NCBI GenBank assembly: GCA_001643675.2 | Contig: LSRY02000032.1 | Span: 62,001 to 126,000 of the forward strand | DNA length: 64,000 nucleotides | Direction: 5' to 3' | Origin: Monocercomonoides exilis PA203 | Lineage: Eukaryota > Protista > Preaxostyla | Shown: one piece after another, positions 39,201 to 51,872 of the stretch | How positions within the stretch are numbered: position 1 is the first letter of the stretch | Layout of the letters: every line of letters starts with the position of its first letter | The notes under the pieces: model-generated | The model's database searches: none | Told to the model about the DNA's origin: nothing | Seen by the model: the letters and a program-made list of their open reading frames with translations, nothing else | Translations under genes and position numbers: made by a program

Positions 39201-42200
39201 ATGAGCTGTTAATATGCACGTTGTTGCAAACAATCTGGTTCTGCAGCGAGATTTGAAACAATCGAAACACAAAATTTGGAGATTGTTTTCTGATTAAATA
39301 CATTGAAATGTGAGAAAGAAGGGTGACCAGAAATTCATTTGAATCGTATTCCACTCCTGGTTTAATATCAGCTCCAGTGTCCATCCGAAAATGCTTCAGA
39401 AATTGAAGAGCATCTAAATGTTCTTCTGATTGATCGAATTCCATTCTTAAAAAAAGATTTTGAAGCTCAAGAATTTCATTGTGATATTGATTTATTGCGT
39501 TTTGTGATTTCTTTGCAGCAAGACGCTCCCACTTCTCATGCTTTTCACGAAGAAAATGTTTGTGATAATAATGATGAGTTTCATTAAAGTTCAAATGACA
39601 TTCATCACAAGTCATTTGAATCTGAGGCCCTTTGTGAATATGATTCTCTTTATTGTCAATGAATCTACTTGAAGTTGGTGAGCTTTCTTTTTGTTGACTA
39701 AAAATAGCTTCTTTATCATCACAATCATGAAGCTCAGCTCCAGAAACAAGATCATCATAAACAGAATCATATGAATTCCATCCATCGCACCCTTCTTCGT
39801 CAAGTGGGAATGCGATGATGGAATATCGAAATTGAAGATGCATAAACAGCTGAATAATAACAGAATTCACAAAGCACAACGTATTGGGGTTGTACAAACC
39901 ACGATGTGCCATTTTTATCGATTGCTTTTGAATTGATACATGATTAAACAAGGAATTTGATTGCAAAAATTCAATTTCTCTTGTTCTACCAAAAGATAAA
40001 GATGGCTTTAATGCAGTTGAAGATGAGGCAGATAAAGCAGAATTGCCTGATTGATCTGATTGCAAATCTCTGCGAAGCACAAGTGGCAGGCTGTCAACGA
40101 AATTCAGAGTATTACAAATAAATGTAATGATTATTTTTTTGCTGTTTGGTGAATGTTTGAGGAGATGCGAGAATAAAACGCAAATATCATTGTTAAGTTT
40201 GCAAATGATGCTGGAATCCACATCCGAAGAAAATGAAGTGCCTGATGTGATAAGAAGACTAAATAACTCTTGAAGGCATTCAAAAGAAAAAGGCATTAGT
40301 TCATCAAAAGAAGCGATAGTTGCTGTATTTTCATTGCCAGATGTTGAACAAAATGTTAATTGATGAATTTGAATAGACAGCAACGATGACGACGACAAAG
40401 AAGAAGATGCTGATGAAGATGAAGTACCGTCGCAGCACATTAGATTTTTTGCATGTTTTGCATCTGAAGCTGCACAAAAGTGAGAAGTTGAACAGTTCTT
40501 TTCAAATTGTTCAACAATAAATATGAAACAATTCACAACCTTCAACACAAAGTGAACGTATTCGCAAGAGATGAAATAATGAGGATCGAAAATTCGATCT
40601 AGGCGCTGGTTTTGAAATGGAGAGAGAACGAAAGGTGATTTTGCTGGCGGAACATGAAAAGGCCAATACTTAAAGCAAACAGACTGATCTGCATTTGAAG
40701 AACTTGATTTCTTTTTATTTGATTCTTGCTCAAATTCTTTGGACAAACAGACAATTTCATCATCTCTTTCTTTTTCGTTAGTTCCATCAATCCCATTTCC
40801 CATAATTAGCAAAGGATTATTTATCTCTTCACAATCCAATGAACAAGATAGAAATATATCAGAATGTTCAAACAAAGACTGGTAAAGCAAGAAAATGTGA
40901 TGAAGAACGCTTGTAAAACTAAGCAACTGATCGTCTGATTCATTTTCCTTGCTAATAAGAAGAGCTGACAAGACTTTCAATCCAAATTTCATGTTCTCAA
41001 CATCTTTTAATTGAGCACAAGATTTCTTTGAAGGACTGGAGTCATATAGAAACTTTGAAGTGTGATTGGTCCTTGAGTTATTACATCTTAACTTCGACTG
41101 ACTGAATTGACCATTGTTTAAAAAACAGGTTAGAATATAATCTGCAACATAGCAGACAACCAAAGGAAGCAGCGATGGATTTTGAGAACTGCCATCAGAA
41201 AAGGAGCGAGCTGATGAACAGGCACAACATTTCTGCTCTAAAACATTCGGTGGGGAAGAATTGATACTTTGTTGAGAAATGGCTCGAAGGAATAAAATTA
41301 TGTTGCGAAAATTTTTTGAAGTTTCACTTTTAAAGAGAAGCTTTTTTTGCTGAGCAGAAGCAGCCAATCTTAAATGCTTACTGAGAAAGGTATGCTCAGT
41401 TGATGAACTGACTTCGGGCTTATCTAAACGAATTGAAGAAGAATAAACTTTTTCTTTTCTGCCAGAAAATATTCGCAGATCATCCATTCTCCTTTGTTTA
41501 TAATCGTCATTGTCTTCTTCGTCTGAGCAAGCGAGCAACAGCACGGAGACAGCATCGCAAAATTTAGGTTCAACGACAAATCTCGAAAGATCGCTTCCCA
41601 AATAATCTGCCGTTGCAGCAGTTAATTGCAGAAGTCTTTCAAATTCCAGCTTTTTTTCGACTTCGCATTTATTCATATTTCCGTGCCAATTTTCAAGAAA
41701 TTCTTTCAATCGCAAACGATTATTCAAAAAATAAGTTTGTTTGTTTTCTGAACTTGATAGAAATCCGTACAACAAGTTAATTTTCTCGTTAATGTGCTGA
41801 GTAAAACCAATTTCATAAATGCATGTTTTGTCATTGATATTCTGATGATGTCGAGGAGGAGAGAATTCTTGACATTGAATCAGCATGCTTTTAAGAAAGC
41901 CAACTTCCGAAGAACAAAAGGCTATGCATTGGTCAAAAATTGATAGAAAAAGGAGCTTTGATATTGAACGAGACGGATCATCAAAGAAATTCCTTCTATG
42001 ATCTGAATCAATTTGAATAAGGTTATTGCAAATAATATCTATTTTCTCAAAAGTTAAATGAGCTATTTTAGCGTTTATGCTACAAAGTTGATCTTCGTAT
42101 TCATCGACAATAAATGAAGCAATTGCTGTTATAAGCAAAGAGACATTTAACTGAATTGTTTCCGAATTTTCTAACTGCTTCTCTCTTTTCTCTTTTTCAT

Positions 42201-42531
42201 CATTATTTATGAATGATAAATGAATTAAAAGATATATTAGCCTTGATAAGCCTCCTGCGCCAACAAAATCAATTTTCCAATTTTTAAATGAAGAATCTTC
42301 AGAATAAGGGCAACTTTCAGTTCCACCTTTACTGTATTCCTTTGTTTGTGTAATATAATTCAAAAGGTTTCGTAGGTTGCAATTTAACTCATCTTGAGGG
42401 AAAAGAGGGTAAATAATCTTCCAGTCTTTATCTTGAGTTATATTCACGATATTGTTGCATTTGGATGATGAAAATAACATTTTATCTTTATCTTTCAACC
42501 TGCTACATTTTGATGTCAACTTATCATTCAT
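33245..42531 (-). CDS. Second giant USP deubiquitinase (~3065 aa), paralog of the 4605-20476 gene; exons 42531-38400, 38310-33245
   Basis: Cys box HRGLYNPNTLCFVNSVIIQLFMH, EYDSNEFL, and His box GIVNYCGSGETGHYWS..WIVFNDE. Intron 38399-38311 joins in frame to SVAYLLFYERIEPENDW (paralog: SAYILIYERVEPIDDW). Confidence 0.85.
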
Positions 42532-42588
42532 TCAATTATGTTTTATAAACAAAAAAACTAAATGGTTGTCGATCAAATCATTTTCGAT

Positions 42589-44368
42589 ATGTCGTATAAA
42601 CTTTCTGCTCTTCCAAGTGGTTTCCGCAAAGAGGGTCCCATTGTGTTGGTGTGTATTTTTTATAATAACACTTTGTTGTTAAGCTACAATTTTTTGCTTC
42701 ATTTTAACTGAAAAATACACTTTTGCTCTAAAGTGCATCCTTGATGGATATGGCCTTGGAAAGGATGATCCCAGTGCAAACCCAATTGTTGCTGCACATC
42801 CTACCTATATAAATGATCTTATTGAAAAGTCAAAATCAGCCGGTTTGTACAAGCAAATCCGTGCTCACGGACCTGCTGTTGGACTTCCATCAGAATCTGA
42901 TATGGGCAACAGCGAAGTTGGGCACAATGCAATGGGTGCCGGCCAAATTTACAGCCAAGGAACCATGTTGGTTGATGAAAGTTTCAAGACCGGAAGAATG
43001 TTCAAAACCGAAAACTGGAAAACTGTTGTAGGTGAAACAGCAAGCCACAGTGGAACTTTGCATATGTTTGGTCTTCTTTCTGATGGTAACATCCACTCTC
43101 ATATCGGACAAGTTGAACAGTTAATCGATGGTGCTGTCGAAACAGGCATCAAAACACTCAGAATCCACGTTCTTCTCGATGGACGTGATGTCCCACCAGA
43201 GTCTGGCTTGAAATACATTGACATGATTGAAGCAAAATTGGCTTCACTCGCAGCAAAGGGAGTTGATGCGAAGATTGCTTCAGGAGGTGGGAGAATGTAC
43301 GTGACCATGGATCGTTACAACTCTGACTGGAACATTGTACGCCGTGGATGGAATTCCATGGTTCATGGAATTGTCGAAGAGGCAGACATTAGCGACAAGT
43401 ACAAGGGATACTATCACTCTGCTCGCGAAGCTATTGAAGCATGCAGAGCTGCTTTCCCCGACAAAAAGGATCAATACAATCTTCCGTTTGTCATTGTCGA
43501 TGAAGCTGGATCCCCCATCGGAAAAATGAAGGATGGAGATGCTGTCATCAACTGGAATTTCCGTGGAGATCGTGCCATTCAAATCAGCAAAGCATTTGAG
43601 CTTCCTGATACTGAATTCACTTTCTTTGATCGTGGAACAAAGCCCAAGGTGCGCTATGCAGGTCTTCTTGAGTACGATACTGAGGTTCATATTCCCTCAC
43701 AGTTTCTTGTTCCACCACCAGAGATCTCACACACACTTTCCCAGTATCTTCTTGCCTCTGGTGTACCATCGTATGCCATTGCTGAAACACACAAATTCGG
43801 TCATGTCACATTCTTCTGGAATGGAAACAAGAGCGGATATATCGATGAAGCCCATGAGTTGTACGAAGTTGTCCCATCACTTCCAAATTCTGAAACAGAG
43901 ACTCATCCAGAGATGAAAGCCAAAGAAGTCACTGACAAACTTGTTGCTGCTCTGGAATCCAAGAAATACCGCTTCCTCCGCGTGAACTATGCCAACGGAG
44001 ATATGGTTGGTCACACTGGAAACTTTGACTCTTGCGTCAAATGTGTGCAATGCCTCGATAGAGAAATTGCCAGATTGGATGCTGCTGTGCGTGCTCAGAA
44101 TGGAATTCTGATAATCACAGCTGACCACGGTAATGTTGAAGACAAAGATCACAAAGGATCAAAGACATCACACACTTGTGCACCTGTTTTGTTCTCTGTC
44201 ACTGACTACACATACAAAGGTGAATATACACTTATTCCAGATTCAGTTAAGCCTGATGGTGAAGGAAAAGAAGGTGCTGGACTGTCCAACATTGCAGCAA
44301 CAGTTATGAATCTTTTAGGATTTGAAGCACCTGACGTCTATCGTAAGAGCATGATTCAGCTGAAGTAG
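42589..44368 (+). CDS. gpmI: 2,3-bisphosphoglycerate-independent phosphoglycerate mutase; intron 42649-42733 (alternative in-frame ATG at 42562)
   Basis: PIVL|CILDGYG, DMGNSEVGH (phospho-Ser), LLSDGNIHSH, LDGRD, TMDRY, NFRGDRA, ETHKFGHVTFF, NGDMVGHTG and TADHGN. Confidence 0.96.
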
Positions 44369-44673
44369 ACGAACCAAAAGACTTTTTAACAATTTTACAT
44401 CTCTAATTCCAAAATTATCGCAATCTATTTCATTTTTTTTATCACTTGAAAATCTGAAACGCTTTAAATTTTCGATCACTTCAAAAAGTATCTTTTTAAA
44501 CGAAAACATTCAATTTTTTCATAGACATGCGCATTATCCCTTTTTCAATATTTCATTTTGCACAATACAACAGCCAATGAAGCAAAGCATTCCATTAAAG
44601 AACAAAAAAATACATTGCGATTCAGTTCAAAATTGTTTTGAGAAAAAAAGCAATTGGAGAAGTGAAATTAGAT

Positions 44674-45317
44674 TTACTCAGATGCAGCCTTTGCCTTTTT
44701 TGCAGCCTGTGGTTTTTTGGCTGCAGCCTTTGCCTCTTCAGCTGCTTTAAGTTCAGCTTCTTTTGCTGGGAAGCGTGTGTACAATACAAATGATCCGTGA
44801 CGAACCAATGGCTTAATCATCTTCTTGCGGCTGAGCATGTGAATTGCGCGGCGTGCAACAGTCAAGTTGCATTGAAGACGATCAGCAACAGAGGCAATAG
44901 TGATATTCTTCATTGTTGGGACACTTGATATGAGTTTTGCATATGACGGAGCATCGAGCAAAACGGCTGCTGCTCCTTTCTGTTCCTTGGTCGATACTTT
45001 TGACCATTTCTAAAGAAAAATATTTGAAGAAGATTTTTAAGATCAATAACATTTTCCAAATTTGGAAATAAATTATAACAATCGTGCAAAGTTTTTTATA
45101 ATAAAAAACTGAGAAGACGTGAGTCTAACCTTTTTAACTTGCTTAGCTCCGTGGCGGGCTGCAGATTTAGCGGCCTGAATTTGTTTGCTTTTTCCTCCTG
45201 ATTGCTCTTTTGCTGGCTATATTTTGCGGAATATAATTTTAAAGTTATTAACAAATTCATAATGAGCAAGTTGTAATTGTATTAAATTCATCAATAAATA
45301 AAAAATTGCCTAACCAT
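44674..45317 (-). CDS. RPS25: 40S ribosomal protein eS25; exons 45317-45315 (ATG only), 45216-45130, 45009-44674
   Basis: Spliced M|PAKEQSGGKSKQ...VKK|KWSKV...YAKLISSVP..ITIASVADRLQCNLTVARRAI..LYTR. Confidence 0.9.
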
Positions 45318-45385
45318 GATGTAAGTTTGATCTGAAATTTCCAAATATGACCTAATAATTTTAAGTAATAATAGAAACAGATCAA

Positions 45386-46396
45386 ATGGCAGAAGATCTT
45401 AAAGTTGTTGTTGTGGGTGATGGCGCAGTGGTATGGTGCAGAATTACAAAACATTTATATATCTTTATTATTTAATTTCTTATTTTCAACCAAATGATTT
45501 CCAAACTGGTTTTTACTGAATATTTAGGGGAAAACTTCATTACTATATGTTTATGTGAATAACTCTTTTCCAGATGGTTTATTTTCCTTTATTTCAAGAG
45601 ATTTTTACTTGAACATTTTGTATATTTTGTTAGATCACATTCCAACTGTCTATGACAATTATAACGCAAATGCTTCATACAATGGAAAACCTGTGATGCT
45701 GGTATGTATTATTTGTTTTTATTCGACATTCATTGAAGATTTATATTTTAGTCTATATGGGATACAGCTGGGCAATATGAATTTGACGATCAAAGGTTTT
45801 TTATTGAAATCATTTGAACAATATTTCATCCTATGTTTAATGCACTTTGAAAAACAGACAGCTGGCTTACGCTGATACAAACGTTGTTCTTATGTGCTTT
45901 TGTACAGTTGAAAAAAGTTCATTAACTTCAATTCAAACAAAGGTTTGCTTTGCGTAATTGAAATGTTAAGGATAATATCATTCTTTTGAAATTCGAAAGT
46001 GGTATCCGGAAATAACCAGATTTATAAAAGATCCAATTATTGTTTTAGCAGGAACAAAAATTGATCTCCGTGATGCTGATGAAAAAGCACCGGATGTTTG
46101 CACAGATGAAATGGTTTGGATATTGCTTTTGAAGATACAAGAAACGAGCTTTATAAATTTTTGTTTTCTTTCATCTGTTTTTATTTTCAACTATTATATT
46201 CACATCATATTCTCGCATTTTGCAATGCTCAAAAAAAATGCAGATTCAAGAAGTTGCAAAAAGTATAAAAGCTGCAGGTGTTGTATTGTGTTCTGCAAAG
46301 GAAAGGAGGAACGTTGAGGAAGTATTTCAAAGCATTATGAAAGCTCACTTTGAACCACCTGTAGCAGCGAAATCAGGTTGCTGCGTTATTATGTAA
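45386..46396 (+). CDS. Rho-family (Rac-like) small GTPase, 7 exons; introns 45431-45527, 45577-45633, 45702-45751, 45796-45857, 45943-45999, 46114-46243
   Basis: KVVVVGDGAV|GKTSLL, PTVYDNY, WDTAGQ, WYPEI, GTKIDLR, CSAK, and a C-terminal GCCVIM CaaX box. Confidence 0.92.
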
Positions 46397-46651
46397 ATTA
46401 GCTGTGAAGTTTAAAAGCATTCATTTCATTAATTGTGAGTTAGACGTTTATTTTACGTTACCACCAAATTATATTTTATTTATCATTTTAATTTTTTATT
46501 TTATTTTATTTTATTTTTGCATAATTCATAACACAATTATTTCCCAAAGTCAAGTTTTCTTTGCTGTTTTAAGTTTTCTATAATTTTTGATCACATCATT
46601 CATTTTACCACAATTTATTTTTTATTTTGATTTTTTTTTGAAAGGAACTTT

Positions 46652-47349
46652 ATGCAATCGGATTATTCCGAATTTGAGCATCAATTCCAAGAGAAACAAT
46701 GTAAATTTAATTCATTAGCTCGAAAATTGGAAAAGGAAGATGCTGGCCTCCAGCCGGAGGTGTGCGCAGTTTTATTGAAATAATATTAATTTTTTCAAAG
46801 GAGAGTCAATTTGCTTTACTAGATTCGCTGAAGCAAATGACACATTTATTTGAATGGTTGTGTCAAAGGGATCAATTTCTGCAATCAGCACAAGCAGTAT
46901 TTTTTTATTGAGATTAAAAAAATGTAACTTTCTTTAAAAGTATTTAAACGAGATATCATCAGATGCAGTTAAACTTTCACTGGCCATTCCTACACTTTAT
47001 GAAGAGTTAGGCATTCAAGAGAGTCAAGAGGATAAACAGTATGCTTTCCTGACTTATTCACCTTTTACATTTGAAATTTAGACAAAGAATCACTTCATTT
47101 GAAGCCCTCCTTTCGTTGAAAGCTCAACAAGAAATAAGAAATGCAGAAAGTCAAAAGCAGTCATGTAAGCAATCACAGCAAGCAGATTGTAAATTAATGC
47201 AAAATGATTCTTCAATTCTATCCACTCCAATTCAACAAGATAAATATTTACAAGCTTCAGAAGAATTGCTGTCCCCACTTATCCAATCTGACTCATCAAT
47301 TACTTTATCTCCACTTCTTCCAGCGCTTGCAAAGCCCGAAGGATCATAA
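46652..47349 (+). CDS. Hypothetical protein (~190 aa); introns 46760-46800, 46897-46940, 47039-47081
   Basis: Three 41-44 nt GT-AG introns join one continuous frame from ATG 46652 (MQSDYSEFEHQF...) into ORF 47071-47349. No recognisable domain. Confidence 0.6.
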
Positions 47350-47550
47350 ATATTCTGTTCAATATTTTTTTTTCATTTATTATCATTTTTAAAATTAATT
47401 TAAGTGAAATAATACAAATGTTGAAGATGAAGCAGACATATTATTTAACAACGTAACATTTTGTACTTATAAAGAATAACAATTGCAACGCAACATCATT
47501 TTTTAAAGAGAGATAAATTGTATTACCAAAATTATGAAAACTTTTGTGGT

Positions 47551-50500
47551 TTAAATGTTGGTGGATAAGCTGTCATTGACATCTTTGGAATAATCCTTTG
47601 AGAGGTCTTCAAGTTTTGACACTTCAGAATCATTAAAGAGCAAATTTCCATCCTTTTCCATTTCAGAAAGAATTTTTACTCCATCTCCACTTGCGTCTAG
47701 TTTATGCACATCGTCTTTTTCAATTAGCATGGAGTTATTTTCATGTTTTTCCGATTTTTCGTTTTCAGTCATTCCTTCGTTTTCCTTCTTTTCAACTTCC
47801 TCCTCCTCCTCCTCTTCTTCTTCTTCTTCAAATTCTTCTTCTTCTTCCTCTTCCTCTTCCTCTTCCTCCTCTTCTTCCTCTTCTTCTTCCTCTTCTTCTT
47901 CTTCCTCATTGTCTTCCCCAAATACTTCTTTAGAATCGTCTAAATTATTAGCATTCAAATTGCTTGAAGAAAGCAACTGGCTGAAAGAGCTTGAGGAAGA
48001 TGAAGGAGGGCGCGGAGGTTTCGAACGCGATGAAAGCAAAGAATTCTGCGAAGATAACGAACCAGAAGTTGAAGCTGAAGCTGAAGCAAGTGTTGAAGAA
48101 GATAAATTGGAAGAAGAAGAAGAAGGCGCAGAAGATGATGTGTTTAATGACGAAAGCGAAGAAAGAGGAGACAGCGACGATCGATCTGAAGTGAAAGAAG
48201 AAGAAGAAGCAGAGCCTGGTGAAGTAATTGAGCTGTTCAGAAGCGAACTTCCAGGTGAAATGACAGAAGACGTTAAGAGAGCTGATAGAGACGACAAAGA
48301 GGATTCATCAAGAGAAGATGCCGAATGAGAATTATTACCAGATGCCATGAATTTGGGATTTGCACTAAGTGCTGTTGAAGCTTGTTTACTCATTGCTTCA
48401 TTTGAATGTGTCGTTGTGTTCGCTTGTGAAGTTTGAAACGAAGTTTGCTCTTTGCGACTGAATTCCTTTGTGGGCGTGTTCAGTGCAGATGAAAGCTTGG
48501 TCGAATGAAGCGACTCTGCAGTTGCATCGCCCGCAAATTGATTGGATGCGTTTGTCTTTTCATTTCTTTCCGCTTCTGCCGCTTCCACTGCCGCTTCCGC
48601 TGCTGCTGTTGAAAGGAAAGAAGAGCGAAGCGGAGAAGAGGATGAAGAAGAGTTTGCTTGCTGAGTTGATGAATTGTTCTTTTGAGACTGTGCACGAATG
48701 GAAAGATAAGTCGGGGCGGTTGATGGAGAAGCGAAAGAAATCTGTGAATCTGGATGCTTTTCATTGTCCGCAGAATAGCTCGAAGGATGTGTGTGAGAGG
48801 AAGATAATGACACCCCTTCAGAAAACTGCTGATGCTCCGATTGATCAATCTTCTCGTCTTTGGCTTCAGCTTCTTCAATGGATGAAGCTGTTTTTAAAGG
48901 AAGAAAGAATTCCTCAACACCATTGCGCGTTCTCTTTGCCCTTTCAGCTGCCTCTTTTTCTTCTTCTTCAATAGATTTAGCGACTCTTTCAGGAGCTGAT
49001 GAAAGCGAAGCCGACAAAAGCTGAAGAGTCGAAGGTGAATTCAAAGAGGAATTTAGAGAAGAATTCAAAGAAGCCTGATTCATTGGCGGAGGCTGTGAAA
49101 TGGTGAATGGAAACATTCCCTGTTGAGATACATGCGATGGAAGCGGGCCCGATCCAGCTGTTGATTGAAGGTTGTTTTCAGTGTGTGACAGGACCTGCGG
49201 ACTTGAACGAGATGAGGCAGACAAAGAAGATGTGTTCTGAGTGTTGATAGAAGGAGAAGAAGAGACTGAAGTGTTGTGTGTTTGCATCCGTGATGCATCA
49301 TTGTGCAATGGAACAGAATCGATGTGAGCTGTTTTCATTGAGGATGGAGAAGAATGTGAAGAGTGAGAAGAATGAATAGAATGGGAGGAAAGAGAAGGAA
49401 GTGAAGAACCTGAAGAGATTGTGGAGCGCATATTCGAGTCTGAATGAACAGGAGTTCCAACAACAACTGCAATGTCTTGTGATGAAACATCCAATTTGGG
49501 TTCTTCCACATTTTGTCTTGATTGCTTGCCATGTGATGACGAAGGAGACAGCGTGTATGATGGAACGAACGAAGAATTCCCATCTTCAGTCGGTTTATCA
49601 ATAGCAGTCAAATGCATATGTGAATCCTGCTCTTTGGCTTTCACTGAATTTTCTGGTTGAATATTTCTTTCTGTTGATGGTTGTGTGCTGTTGCTTGGCT
49701 GCTCGGCAGAATCGCTGAAGGAAGAAAGAGCAGAAAGCGAGCGCAAAGATCTGTCAGACGACTCTTCTGCCTCATCATCCGCACTGAGCTCCATCTCTTC
49801 CTCGTCGCTGCTTTCTTCCTCTTCTCGTTGTTTCCGTCTCCGTTGAGAAGAATGGCTTTTGTGAAATTCTTCAGAACTTTCTTCATTTTTGCCATTTTTC
49901 TTATGTCGACGTGTGGTTTTCTTCGCCAAATGTCCACTTTTGTCGTTTTGTGATTGATGCGAATTGGCTGTTCCTTCATTCAAAAGCGAAGATGCTGCAG
50001 AAGAAGGAGAGGTCGTTCCAGACATTAGAGACAGATGCTGAAGTGACGGATGAATGGGAGAAGCATACAGTGACGAAAAAGACGCGGGCGTGGCTGGATA
50101 ACTGCTTGCTGATTGAAAAGCTTGTGGTGCATTCGAAGATGTTGGAAATGCAGGGTAAAAAGGCTGCCTCGCTTGGAATGGAGATTGTGAAGATGTTTGT
50201 GCTGATAGTGTCGATGCTGCTAATGCTGCTTGATATGCTCCATTTTGAGGGAGCAAAGATGGAGATCCATAAACACTGGGAGAAGAGCGTGATTGTGATG
50301 GATAAAAGCTCATTTGTCCAGAAGCAGTCATTGGCAAGCCTGGGCTTTGGTTAAGCCATTGCTGTTGCTGCTGACGGGCAAAAGGAGATTGAGAAGGTGA
50401 TGATCTTGAGATCGAAGGCAAAGAGGAAGAAAGAGAAGATGCTGAATAAGAGGAAGATGCTGAAGAAGAAGTGGATGGTGTGAGTGGTGTGCGAATTGTG

Positions 50501-51841
50501 CGTTGTGAAAAGATTGGGGAGGAAAGTGGGGTTGGAGGGTGCACAGGAGTCGTTTCTGTTCCTTGAATCACATCAGAAAAAGAAACATGCGCTGTATGTG
50601 ATGTGGATGGAGAAGAAATCGAAGAAGAGGAAGAAGAGGAGGATGAAGAAGAAGATGGTGTTGAATGAGGAGCAGCTGACGACAAAGGCGGTGGAAGTGG
50701 CTGTGAAGGCGACGGCGATGGCTGCAAAAAGGAATGTGTCTTTTGAGAAGCGGTCGTTCTGGCTGTCTGCATAAAAGAATCCTCTGGCTGTGCTGCCGAT
50801 CTGATTGAGGAAGAAGCATTGGCATGTTGAGTGAACAGCTGTGGCTGCGCATAAAGCGACTGCCGATACGCCTCAAATGGACGAAGCGGCTGAGTCACAG
50901 GCGAAGTTACAGCAGCAAAAGAGGAAGGAGCAGAAGTTGAAGCAAATGGAAGACCAGAAGCAGAAGCATAAGCAGCATCAGAAGAAGAAGAAGGAGCTCC
51001 ACCAAATCCAGGGTATTGACTTAGCGCAGCTGCCCGGTTTCTTTCTTTGATTTCTGTTGCCATAAGAAGAGGTTGCACTGTGCTTACTTGATTTTTTTTG
51101 CTTTTCGGTTTGCTTTTGCTTTTAACTACTTTTCGTTGGTTCTTGTGAGTGAGGTTATGTTGTGGAATTCCTTTGTTGTGCTGCTTTTCAGGCTCTGTAC
51201 CAGATGCTTCACCTTCATTTCTGTCATTTGATGACTTTCTTTGAGACACTGGATGAATTGCCTTTGGCTTTGCAGATGCCTCTGTAACAGTTCCAGCAGG
51301 CGTTGAAGAATTGCTTTCCTTTTTGCCTTTTGCTTGTCTTTTCTTTGTTCTTCGTGGCGTTTCCGTCGACAGCGTCATTTTCCATCCTTTTTCTCTTTCA
51401 AGCAGCTTTTCCTGCAATTTTTCCTCTTTTACTCTATTGGAACGTTTGGAAGTCTTCCCTCTTTTTCTTCCCGAATCGCCTTTCTCGTCCTCTTTTCTGT
51501 TTGTCTGTTTGTTTTTGCTTTCCTTTCGTTTTTTCGTTTTTTCACTGATTGAGGCACTGAAACAAGTCGAACTGTCTGTTCTGTCATCGTCGTCGTCATC
51601 ATCATCATCTGCTGATGTATCTTCATCTGATTTTGACTCTTCAGTTGAACTTTCTGACGTGCTATCTGTTTGTTCTTTGTGTGACTTGGATTTTCCTCTT
51701 CTTTTGTGATGCTTATGATGATTGTGATGATGATGATGACTTCTGCTGCCAGACGAATCACTCGAAGAAGATCTTTCCCTCATTGCTTTTCGCTTGCCAT
51801 TTTTCTCATTTTCGCTTTTACTTTCATCATCATCTTCTTCT

Positions 51842-51872
<31 letters not shown>

